DNA of 64,000 nucleotides from Escherichia coli (GTDB lineage Bacteria; Pseudomonadota; Gammaproteobacteria; Enterobacterales; Enterobacteriaceae): NCBI RefSeq assembly GCF_003334765.1, contig NZ_QOWT01000023.1; one strand, 5' to 3'. Shown piece by piece: positions 43,410 to 52,237 of this stretch (position 1 is its first letter; each line of letters starts with the position of its first letter). The notes under the pieces were generated by a model. It saw only the letters and a program-made list of their open reading frames with translations, ran no database searches and was not told where the DNA came from. The position numbers and the translations under genes were made by a program.

Positions 43410-44939
43410 CTATAGTCTGTTTCGGTGATACTTCAGTATGTTTTGATGATCACAAATGAAAACTCCGGCATCGAATGCAGGAATATTTAGTTTTTTTGCC
43501 AGTTCGGATGGTGTAATCGTGTTTCCTATATAAACAACCAGGTTATCATCAATCCTTATTTTCCTTTGTTCCGCCAGTATGTCAAGTGCTTCATCCAGAA
43601 CACATTTTTTCCTGAGAGCATATGGGGCATATTGTAAAATATAACTTTTCTGGAATATGTAACCTGCTGTTGTGATAATTCTTTTCTGAAGCCATTTATC
43701 AAGTTTCTCAGCCGGGGATATTTCCCGAAGGGATTCAAGTTTATATATAAGATGCTTGAAATAAAATTCAATGAGATAAATGGCGCTATTAGTACTTTCC
43801 AGCGTTATTACTGTCGAGTCTGGATCTTTCTCCAGTTCCAGAAGTGCTGCTATCCTGACAACCTGCTCTCTTTTTCTGACAATAATGTCTTCAAAAGTAC
43901 CCATATGAGGATTCTGTCTGACAGTATCCATATTTTCTTTGTGAAAGCGCTCCAGTGCGCGGGATGCTGCATTTGATAATGTCATGCAGATGCGCTCTTT
44001 ACTTTTTGCACGTCTTTCTCTGGATGCTCTCAGAGAGTCTCTGATCTGACTGCCAAAACTTTTCTTACGAAAACAGCTTGCACATTGTTGCGTCACAACA
44101 GGAATGGCAGTATGCGGTTCTGTCGTCATTATTTTAATTGCTCCGGGTTCGCAAAATAGCAACCGGGCCAGAAAGCCATTGCCCCGGATCTGATCGCCAG
44201 TGAGAGTAAAAAACTTATTAAATATTACCGGTTGAGTCAGTATAAGTATAGTGAGACGGACATCATTCAGCCGGAATCCGGGTCTGGATGCTCGTTCAAC
44301 GTTGACGGGTTGCCCACTCCATAATGTGTTGTACAGTGCCGATTTGCGTTCGAAACGCTTATCCAGAATAGTACCTCCTTCGTCAGACAGCAACAGAAGA
44401 GAGGGGGACTGGCTGAGTTTCAAAGCTATCCCTTCTGGTGTCGCGTCATTAACGATGAGAACCTGTTGTGTGGGAGGTACGGGTTTATTTGCTATACACT
44501 TTTCAAGTGCTGCTCGTGCAGCAGCAGCATTTTCCGGGGATCTTTCCATTTCCTTTTTATATCTCCGCTCCAGTATTTTTTTATCTGTTGTCCACATCTC
44601 CATCATTCGGTCATAGTTTTTCTTATCGTCGATATATGCCTGATGTAGTTCTTCTTCTGTTTCATGAACAGGAGCGATTAATTTTGCACAGGCAGAGGTT
44701 TTTCCACTGCCTGATGCTGATGAAAGACACATAAATATCTGAAGGCTGGTACGCTGTCCTCCGGAAAGTTCAACTTCATGCGTATCCTGGACTGAGGCAG
44801 CCTTGACCGTCAGCATAACAGACAGCAGTATTTCACGGCTTATTCCCGTTTCTTCATGCATTTCATTAAGTAATGCCTGGCTCCTGTCAGGCAGTTTAGT
44901 TATGTCAAGTTCAGGGAGTGATAGTTTTGTCGTCATCAT
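43410..44939 (-). CDS. Island protein with a P-loop-like motif (YfjI/DUF3987-like by position); function unknown
   Basis: 509-aa ORF immediately downstream of alpA on the same strand, the position yfjI occupies after alpA in CP4-57; contains SASGSGKTS. Family assignment is by synteny and memory, not by search. Confidence 0.6.
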   Translation of the reverse strand: MMTTKLSLPELDITKLPDRSQALLNEMHEETGISREILLSVMLTVKAASVQDTHEVELSGGQRTSLQIFMCLSSASGSGKTSACAKLIAPVHETEEELHQAYIDDKKNYDRMMEMWTTDKKILERRYKKEMERSPENAAAARAALEKCIANKPVPPTQQVLIVNDATPEGIALKLSQSPSLLLLSDEGGTILDKRFERKSALYNTLWSGQPVNVERASRPGFRLNDVRLTILILTQPVIFNKFFTLTGDQIRGNGFLARLLFCEPGAIKIMTTEPHTAIPVVTQQCASCFRKKSFGSQIRDSLRASRERRAKSKERICMTLSNAASRALERFHKENMDTVRQNPHMGTFEDIIVRKREQVVRIAALLELEKDPDSTVITLESTNSAIYLIEFYFKHLIYKLESLREISPAEKLDKWLQKRIITTAGYIFQKSYILQYAPYALRKKCVLDEALDILAEQRKIRIDDNLVVYIGNTITPSELAKKLNIPAFDAGVFICDHQNILKYHRNRL

Positions 44940-45198
44940 TAAGTTCCTTTTGTTTGTTTTCAGGTTCAGACCAGGCTGGTGCCGTATGTAACGTCAGCCA
45001 CTCATCGATGGCAGATGCCCGCCAGCCAACGGATGCACTTCCAAGCCTTATCGGTTTGGGAAAGGTAGGGTCGTGGTATTTCGAGGCCGGATTTATTTTC
45101 ACGTAAATCGTGGACCTGGATATACCCAGCAGCCGGGTAAGTTCAGCCATACGCAGGATGCGTGAAGGTGTGTCAAGCTGTCCGGTTTGATTTGACAT
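44911..45198 (-). CDS. alpA: AlpA-family phage transcriptional regulator
   Basis: ...SRILRMAELTRLLGISRSTIYVKINPASKYHDPTFPKPIRLGSASVGWRASAIDEWL has the AlpA pattern (compare K-12 AlpA ...ATIYDWLNPKSPRYDATFPKKRMLGVKSVGWIEAEIDEWL). Confidence 0.85.
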   Translation of the reverse strand: MSNQTGQLDTPSRILRMAELTRLLGISRSTIYVKINPASKYHDPTFPKPIRLGSASVGWRASAIDEWLTLHTAPAWSEPENKQKELNDDDKTITP

Positions 45199-45271
45199 AT
45201 TGTTCTCCATATGCATTGCACGTTGTGGTATCAGTTTGATAGCTTAAGGTCGGAATGTCCCCTGCGATAAA

Positions 45272-47134
45272 ATGCAAACCAACCGGAGAGCACAGCATAT
45301 GCGCACATTTACAAATCTGTTGTATGATATTTGTACTGTTCTGGGGTTGTTCAGGGAAGGCGAGAACCCGGCACACAAGCGGAAGAGCACTAATTTCGAA
45401 ATGCATCAAAAATTCTGGGATCAACGTTACAATGCGATCAGTCGTATTATTGATGCTGAAGGGGTGTATAGTCAGGAGCAACGGCGGATCATATATGCCC
45501 GGTATGAACATTTTTATTACATGATGAATTCTTATCCAGTTCATTCCACACTAAAATCTGAATTCCTTCGCAGCTATTGTCTGCGCACTTTTGGGGTTAT
45601 TTTTCTTGTTGTAGATATTTATAATACATACAGACCAGAGAATGACTCTGCTTTTTATTATCATATTTATAATTTTTTACAGAAGTCGTATTGTCCTTGT
45701 CTTGATCACTCTGATACAGAAAGCGATGAAGCTGCTGTTAAACGTTATCTTCGGGAATATCTGGCAGAACTGGGATTCAACAAGGAAGATTTTCATGAAA
45801 ATGGAAAGTTGTATGCTCTGGGGAAATATACAGGAACTATTCGGAGGGATAACGGGAAAAGCAAGAGTCTGATGAAACAATATATCATGTCTATCAAAAA
45901 TGAATATAAAAAGGATTATCGGGAGAAGAAACTGGATAAGGATGAACTGGAGAAATTACTCAGGAATATTGATAAATTCTATAATGCATTTTATTCATTA
46001 AGTGTCTTACTTGATATACAACGAAAGACGAAGATACTTCAAAGCCTTGCATATTATCTCAGAGTGTTGGTGAGAAAGGGGCTCTGGACTCATGGTTTAT
46101 ATGGTTACGCTGAGCAATATCTTTATGACTTTACCAGCTTGGATACAACGCCTTATGCAAAAAAATTACTGGAAATGTTTTATAAGTTTGAAAACAGTGC
46201 AGAAGGGACATTGGCTCGTTATAATGTATCACTTGATGATAAATCTCAGGAATATATTGCCCGTCTGAAAGATCTTGTATTTAATATTAATGAGAAGAAT
46301 GGTTGTGATGACGCATATCTGAAAATGATTATAAGTCATTTTGGGCAGTTGCAGAATGAGGCTGTTCATGTGACCAGCTGCTACGGAACACTTGCGGTGT
46401 ACATTTGTCTGATAAGGAAAAATAAAATTAATGATGTGCTGCATCATTATGATGACATGGAAAGAAAAGGATTGTTTGCTGAATTACCTTCAGGATATAT
46501 CAGGGGGGCATTATCGTTGCTTCGGACAGCACTGGAGGTTAAAGTAAATAGAAAAAATATAAAGTATGGCTCGTTGTTTTATTGGCTTGACCATGTAAAA
46601 GCTCATCAGGATGCATTTATTGAATCAATACCACTTATTGATCCTGTATATAAGGAGGGTGAAATACAGTATGATGCGAACAATTTTACCCTGATGCGTG
46701 TTATTAAGATGTATAATTGTATGCTTGAAAAGATCAGTACGAAACCATATATAGCTCCCCCATATATTACAGGTTTGCTTGATGACGTAGAGAAGGTGCT
46801 GGATAAGATAAATATTCTGATAGATAAAGAGTATGTTTATGATGGTAAGACACTGGCTGAAGTCATTATAGAGAACAAAGTATTATCCAGTCGCGAGCGT
46901 AAAGATACTATGATAGGGCTTTTCACAGGCAGTAAGAAATATACTTTACTGCAATGTGTTGAGAAGCTTGGTGTATTAGTTCACTACGTGAAATCACCGG
47001 TCGATGAAATTAAAAATGTGATGATGTTGTATGGCGATAAGGCCGAAAACAGGAACAGACGCAGAATGATATATGATGCGTTAACCATTATTTGTGAGGA
47101 TGATAACAGGGCTAAACACCCTGATCTGTCGTGA
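45272..47134 (+). CDS. Hypothetical 620-aa protein, no recognised family (alternative start at 45299, with the better SD)
   Basis: Long uninterrupted ORF, AT-rich, Lys/Tyr/Asn-rich; divergent from alpA; followed by a perfect 20-bp inverted repeat. No catalytic motif recognised with confidence. Confidence 0.75.
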   Translation: MQTNRRAQHMRTFTNLLYDICTVLGLFREGENPAHKRKSTNFEMHQKFWDQRYNAISRIIDAEGVYSQEQRRIIYARYEHFYYMMNSYPVHSTLKSEFLRSYCLRTFGVIFLVVDIYNTYRPENDSAFYYHIYNFLQKSYCPCLDHSDTESDEAAVKRYLREYLAELGFNKEDFHENGKLYALGKYTGTIRRDNGKSKSLMKQYIMSIKNEYKKDYREKKLDKDELEKLLRNIDKFYNAFYSLSVLLDIQRKTKILQSLAYYLRVLVRKGLWTHGLYGYAEQYLYDFTSLDTTPYAKKLLEMFYKFENSAEGTLARYNVSLDDKSQEYIARLKDLVFNINEKNGCDDAYLKMIISHFGQLQNEAVHVTSCYGTLAVYICLIRKNKINDVLHHYDDMERKGLFAELPSGYIRGALSLLRTALEVKVNRKNIKYGSLFYWLDHVKAHQDAFIESIPLIDPVYKEGEIQYDANNFTLMRVIKMYNCMLEKISTKPYIAPPYITGLLDDVEKVLDKINILIDKEYVYDGKTLAEVIIENKVLSSRERKDTMIGLFTGSKKYTLLQCVEKLGVLVHYVKSPVDEIKNVMMLYGDKAENRNRRRMIYDALTIICEDDNRAKHPDLS

Positions 47135-47171
47135 ACTCATCTGAGTGTGTTTTGAGTCAATAATCTTTATA

Positions 47172-47214
47172 TCCCCCTGCTAATTTTGCTAACCATTAGC
47201 AAAATTAGCAGGGG
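47172..47214. repeat. Perfect 20-bp inverted repeat (hairpin/cruciform) downstream of the 620-aa ORF
   Basis: CCCCCTGCTAATTTTGCTAA-cca-TTAGCAAAATTAGCAGGGGG; no adjacent T-run on either strand. Confidence 0.7.
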
Positions 47215-47489
47215 GATTATCTATGTCTGGCAAGAGAAAATTCTATAATAGTATGATTTCTTTGTTTATTTTGTTTTTCAATTAGAATGGTGTGTTTTTG
47301 TGATCTATGTCTAATTGTTTTGTATTCTTAGCGCCATCCCATTCATGGGCAGATGTACATACCGCCCCTATTAGATTGATGGGTTGCATGTTCATTGTAT
47401 CTGTAAAATATGCCAGTTTTGACATTAATACATAATCTGTAATTCGGTGTAAGCTCTTGTCTGGTGAATTATGTTGCGTATTCCGCTCT

Positions 47490-47560
47490 ATTCGATCACG
47501 GATTGGGCCAAATCATGATCGATTCGAATGCCAAACTGCGATCGATTCAGATGCCATTTT
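47490..47560. repeat. GATC-dense direct repeats inside a 1.3-kb AT-rich non-coding region (candidate origin or regulatory site)
   Basis: GATCACGG, GATCGATTCGAATGCCA and GATCGATTCAGATGCCA within about 70 bp: four GATC sites and a ~17-bp imperfect tandem repeat. Confidence 0.45.
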
Positions 47561-48509
47561 GCATTATGTTAGTGGCTTATTCTTCTTGTTCTTTTTTACA
47601 GGTTATGTAAGTGTGATTATCCTGATTACTGGTCACTCATTATATACTGAGTCGACAAAACAAATGAGTATTAACTGAAGTTTTTATACAGTGATCATCT
47701 GTCTGGTTAGGTTAGTTAGTTCTGGGAGAATCACATTTATTTCATATACCATGAATAATTAAGGTTAATTAGTATTATTAGTTGGAGTTATGGTATTGTG
47801 TGTCTGTGCCGTATTGTTTGTATATTTGTTGTATAACTTATCTCTTTACGTGGTAATGTCACTCCTCTTTATGCTAAGTATTCTGTATGTGTGTAATGCA
47901 TATATCTCCATACACTACGCAGTGAAGCATATGGGGGAAGCTGTATGGTGAATTATGTGTGTAATGTTGTCCTGTACGTACTTAACACTGGTTACGTATC
48001 GGAACACTATTAGAGCGTGTTATGACTCCGTTACAGTTTATAGGTATAGGTAAATATGATCTTTTCTGTATGGAACAATCTTCTTATGGTGTGTGGGTAT
48101 GTTCTGTATACCATTATTCTTTTATGCTAATGATTAAATACCCGTGGTCTCTCTCGGCTTTACTTAATGGTTCGACAATATTAATAGCGATGTTGCCTGT
48201 AGCTAGCCGATACTGAGTTTTGTGAATGTCAGATTACTTCCTGTAAAGAATTTAGTGGTGCTTCCTGAAACTCAATTCTATGAGGTGTGTTTTTCCATTG
48301 TAATTCGTACTGGTTCTCAGTTTAAGAGAGTCTCACTGTATTCTGAAGTATTACCTCATCACAGTAATGCGGTAATACAAAACAGTTTTATCAGGTTGTC
48401 TGTGCTGCTGGTTTACTTCGTTTATTAATGCCGTGGTACGGCGTTTCTCTACTCTCAGTATTTACGTAAGTCTCTCTTCCTGTGAGTTTTATAAAGTAAG
48501 GACTATAAA

Positions 48510-49073
48510 ATGTATAATGCCAATCCCAATTACAAAATGGATTTCATGATTCTGAAAGACGTGAATGAACACATGGATGGTATGTTTCAACGTTTTTCTA
48601 AACTGTTACCTTTCAGAATTGATTTTGCTTACAGGAAAGACACGCCCAGTTTCGGTCATTCCTGTAAGCACAGTATGTGTATGGAAATATACCGTTTACT
48701 TTGCGAAACCCAGACGATGTTGGCGGGATATTACTGGGTAATGGAATATACACCAGACAAAGGGCTTCATATTCATTTTGTCGGCTACCTGGATGGGCAA
48801 CGTCACAAGAACTCTTATCAGATATCCAGGCAACTGGGAGATATCTGGAGGCGGATCACGGAAGGGGAGGGTTACTTTCACCTTTGCCGGGCTAAAGACA
48901 AATACCCGGTGCGTATCGATCACGTGATGCACTATAGTGATAAGTCCGCGGTAGACAACTTACGTTACGCCCTTAGCTATCTGGCTAAACAGGATCAGAA
49001 AGAACACGGTATTATTCTGGGCCGTAGCAGGCTTCCCGAAAAAAGCAACCGGGGCCGACCACGACATAACTGA
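48510..49073 (+). CDS. HUH-motif Rep-like protein (YagK/YfjJ, inovirus gpII-like family)
   Basis: 187-aa ORF with an HUH-like motif (GLHIHFVGYL) and downstream Y-x3-Y-x2-K (LRYALSYLAK), resembling rolling-circle initiator motifs 2 and 3. Confidence 0.5.
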   Translation: MYNANPNYKMDFMILKDVNEHMDGMFQRFSKLLPFRIDFAYRKDTPSFGHSCKHSMCMEIYRLLCETQTMLAGYYWVMEYTPDKGLHIHFVGYLDGQRHKNSYQISRQLGDIWRRITEGEGYFHLCRAKDKYPVRIDHVMHYSDKSAVDNLRYALSYLAKQDQKEHGIILGRSRLPEKSNRGRPRHN

Positions 49074-49227
49074 ATTACAGTTGTATTAGGTATTAGAATT
49101 AAGTTTCTGTAAGTTGTTGGGAGGTGCTTGAGTTAATAGGCAGAAGAGGGTGGGGCGCTTTGTCATCAGTGTAGGGGACCCGAATTTCTGCCGTGGTGCC
49201 TCAGTGGATCGGATACAGGTAACGAAT

Positions 49228-51588
49228 ATGGTTCATAAATCTGACAGTGATGAATTAGCTGCATTGAGGGCAGAAAATGCCCGTCTGGTCTCATTACTTG
49301 AAGCTCATGGGATTGAATGGCGACGTAAACCGCCGATCTCTGTGCAGCGCGTTTCTGTATTATCCACCAATGAGAAGGTTGCATTATTTCGTCGGTTGTT
49401 TCGCGGGCGTGATGATGTATGGGCACTTAGATGGGAAAGTAAAACCAGCGGCAAATCAGGGTACTCTCCTGCCTGCGCTAACGAATGGCAGGCGAGAATA
49501 TGCGGTAAGCCCCGGATAAAATGTGGGGACTGCGCTCACCGTCAGTTGATTCCTGTATCTGATCTCGTCATCTACTACCATCTGGCAGGTACCCATACTG
49601 CCGGGATGTATCCGTTGCTGGAAGATGATTCCTGTTATTTTCTGGCTGTTGATTTTGATGAAGCTGAATGGCAGAAGGATGCATCCGCATTCATGCGATC
49701 CTGTGATGAGCTGGGTGTACCCGCTGCGCTGGAAATATCCCGTTCACGTCAGGGAGCGCATGTCTGGATATTTTTTGCTTCACGAGTTTCGGCCCGCGAA
49801 GCTCGCCGTCTGGGGACTGCTATTATTAGTTATACGTGTAATCGAACTCGACAGCTGCGATTGGGTTCTTATGACCGATTATTTCCTAATCAGGATACGA
49901 TGCCAAAAGGGGGATTTGGTAATCTCATAGCATTACCTCTGCAAAAAAGACCGCGTGAATCGGGGGGAAGTGTTTTTGTTGATATGAATTTCCAGCCTTA
50001 TTCTGATCAATGGGCTTTTCTTGCATCGGTGATCCCGATGAATGTGCAGAATATTGAACCGACGATATTACGGGCTACAGGAAGTATCCATCCTCTGGAT
50101 GTGAACTTTATCAACGAAGAAGACCTGGGTACGCCATGGGAAGGGAAAAAATCATCAGGAAACAGACTGAATATTTCTATTGCAGAACCGCTGAAAATCA
50201 CGCTGGCAAACCAGATCTATTTCGAAAAAGCGCAATTACCTCAGGTGCTGATTAACCGACTTATTCGGCTGGCAGCATTTCCGAACCCTGAGTTTTATAA
50301 GGCTCAGGCAATGCGTATGTCAGTCTGGAATAAGCCCCGTGTTATAGGTTGTGCGGAGAATTACCCGCAACACATTGCGTTGCCCCAGGGATGTCTGGAC
50401 AGCGTATTATCTTTCCTTAGGGACAACAATATTGCTGCAGAATTAATCGATAAACGATTTGTCGGGACGGAATGTAATGCCGTTTTTATGGGAAACCTCA
50501 GAGCGGAGCAGGAAGAGGCCGTTTCGGCATTACTCCGTTATGACACTGGTGTGCTTTGTGCGCCAACGGCTTTTGGTAAGACAGTTACCGCAGCGGCAGT
50601 GATTGCCAGACGGAAAGTGAATACACTGATACTGGTACACCGGACTGAATTGCTGAAGCAGTGGCAGGAGCGTCTCGAGGTGTTTCTGCAGGTTGGTGAC
50701 AATATTGGTATTATCGGGGGAGGTAAACATAAACCCTGTGGCAATATTGATATTGCGGTGGTGCAGTCCATATCCAGACACGGAGAAGTTGAACCTCTGG
50801 TCAGGAATTATGGGCAAATCATTGTGGATGAGTGCCATCATATTGGCGCGGTTTCATTTTCTGCGATTCTGAAGGAAACGAATGCCAGATATCTGCTTGG
50901 CCTGACGGCAACACCAATCCGACGGGATGGTCTGCATCCCATTATTTTTATGTACTGTGGTGCCATTCGCCATACAGCGGTCCGCCCGAAGGAAAGCCCA
51001 CATAATCTGGAGGTACTGACCCGTTCCCGTTTTACATCTGGTCATTTACCATCGGATGCGAGAATCCAGGATATTTTCAGAGAAATTGCTCTGGATCATG
51101 ACAGAACGGTGGCGATAGCTGAAGAAGCCATGAAAGCTTTCGGGCAGGGGCGAAAAGTTCTGGTACTGACTGAACGTACAGATCATCTGGATGAGATAGC
51201 ATCAGTGATGAATTCACTGAAATTGTCCCCCTTTATTCTCCATGGACGACTATCGAAAAAAAAGCGTGCGATGCTGATATCCGGGCTGAATGCTCTTCCT
51301 CCTGATTCTCCCCGTATTTTGTTGTCAACAGGCAGACTTATTGGTGAGGGATTTGACCACCCTCCGCTGGATACGCTGATTCTTGCCATGCCTGTGTCAT
51401 GGAAAGGGACATTACAGCAGTATGCGGGACGTCTACACAGAGAGCATACCGGTAAAAGCGATGTCAGGATCATTGATTTTGTGGATACCGCGTATCCAGT
51501 GCTGCTCAGAATGTGGGATAAACGCCAGCGGGGTTATAAGGCGATGGGGTACAGGATTGTGGCTGATGGTGAAGGGCTTTCATTTTAA
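49228..51588 (+). CDS. Fusion protein: N-terminal archaeo-eukaryotic-primase (AEP)-like domain plus C-terminal SF2 DEAH-type helicase (start uncertain, 49150-49228)
   Basis: N-terminal region FLAVDFDEAEW (DxD/E-type motif) and QGAHVWIFF (H motif); C-terminal helicase motifs I APTAFGKT, II DECHH, III LTATP, VI QQYAGRLHR. Confidence 0.7.
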   Translation: MVHKSDSDELAALRAENARLVSLLEAHGIEWRRKPPISVQRVSVLSTNEKVALFRRLFRGRDDVWALRWESKTSGKSGYSPACANEWQARICGKPRIKCGDCAHRQLIPVSDLVIYYHLAGTHTAGMYPLLEDDSCYFLAVDFDEAEWQKDASAFMRSCDELGVPAALEISRSRQGAHVWIFFASRVSAREARRLGTAIISYTCNRTRQLRLGSYDRLFPNQDTMPKGGFGNLIALPLQKRPRESGGSVFVDMNFQPYSDQWAFLASVIPMNVQNIEPTILRATGSIHPLDVNFINEEDLGTPWEGKKSSGNRLNISIAEPLKITLANQIYFEKAQLPQVLINRLIRLAAFPNPEFYKAQAMRMSVWNKPRVIGCAENYPQHIALPQGCLDSVLSFLRDNNIAAELIDKRFVGTECNAVFMGNLRAEQEEAVSALLRYDTGVLCAPTAFGKTVTAAAVIARRKVNTLILVHRTELLKQWQERLEVFLQVGDNIGIIGGGKHKPCGNIDIAVVQSISRHGEVEPLVRNYGQIIVDECHHIGAVSFSAILKETNARYLLGLTATPIRRDGLHPIIFMYCGAIRHTAVRPKESPHNLEVLTRSRFTSGHLPSDARIQDIFREIALDHDRTVAIAEEAMKAFGQGRKVLVLTERTDHLDEIASVMNSLKLSPFILHGRLSKKKRAMLISGLNALPPDSPRILLSTGRLIGEGFDHPPLDTLILAMPVSWKGTLQQYAGRLHREHTGKSDVRIIDFVDTAYPVLLRMWDKRQRGYKAMGYRIVADGEGLSF

Positions 51589-51605
51589 GGAGTACTTTAC
51601 CCTTT

Positions 51606-51823
51606 TTAAATAATTTGAGCTCCCCGGGTTGTTCGGGCAACAAAGAGTCCCAGTATACAGGCTTCAGGAATATGTTGTAGTATCAGGCTTTTCATCGCTT
51701 TAAAATGGCTACCGGCAGTAAGAACGTCATCAAAAATAACAATCCAGGGCCTGCATCCCTCCAGTAATTGTTCATTCAGTTGGTAGTTTGCCATAATCGC
51801 TTCTGGTGAGGGCCGGTTTGTTG
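51606..51823 (-). pseudogene. Phosphoribosyltransferase (ComF/PRTase-type) C-terminal remnant, 5' part removed by IS66
   Basis: Minus-strand frame ...RPWIVIFDDVLTAGSHFKAM... has the type I PRTase PRPP-binding motif (hydrophobic-DDV-x-T-x-G); the frame is open up to the IS66 terminal repeat at 51824. Confidence 0.5.
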
Positions 51824-51857
51824 GTAAGCGTGCAGCAAGAACCGTATTGACGGGGAT

Positions 51858-52208
51858 GTGTTATTCAGTCGGCAGTGCTACGCGCCAGGGGAGCAGTTCG
51901 CCGACCCGGTTTATCGGCCAGTCGGCTATGACGTCAAGGACATAGCGGAGGTAGCTTTCTGGCTCCACTCCGTTCAGTTTGCACGTCCCGATCAGGCTGT
52001 ACAGCAGCGCTCCCCGCTCTCCTCCATGATCCGAACCGAAGAACAGGTAATTTTTGCGGCCCAGACTGACCATCCGCAGCGCATTCTCAGCTATGTTGTT
52101 ATCAGCCTCGGCCCAGCCGTCGTCAGTATAGTAAGCCAGCGCTGGCCACTGGTTCAGTACGTACGTGAACGCTTTCGCCAGTTCTGAGTGTCGCGACAGG
52201 GTTTTCAC
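51858..52208 (-). pseudogene. IS66-family transposase, C-terminal 115-aa fragment
   Basis: ...NYLFFGSDHGGERGALLYSLIGTCKLNGVEPESYLRYVLDVIADWP...LLPW is the conserved IS66 transposase C-terminus. Confidence 0.8.
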
Positions 52209-52237
52209 CTTTTCACGTAGCCAGCCTTCCAGGGATT

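Noticed and set aside
47457-48428. Short ORFs in the AT-rich block (47457..47678, 48022..48216, 48222..48428)
   Set aside because: Low-complexity, Cys/Val/Leu/Phe-biased translations that follow from the T/G skew; no SD context; treated as non-coding pending transcript data.
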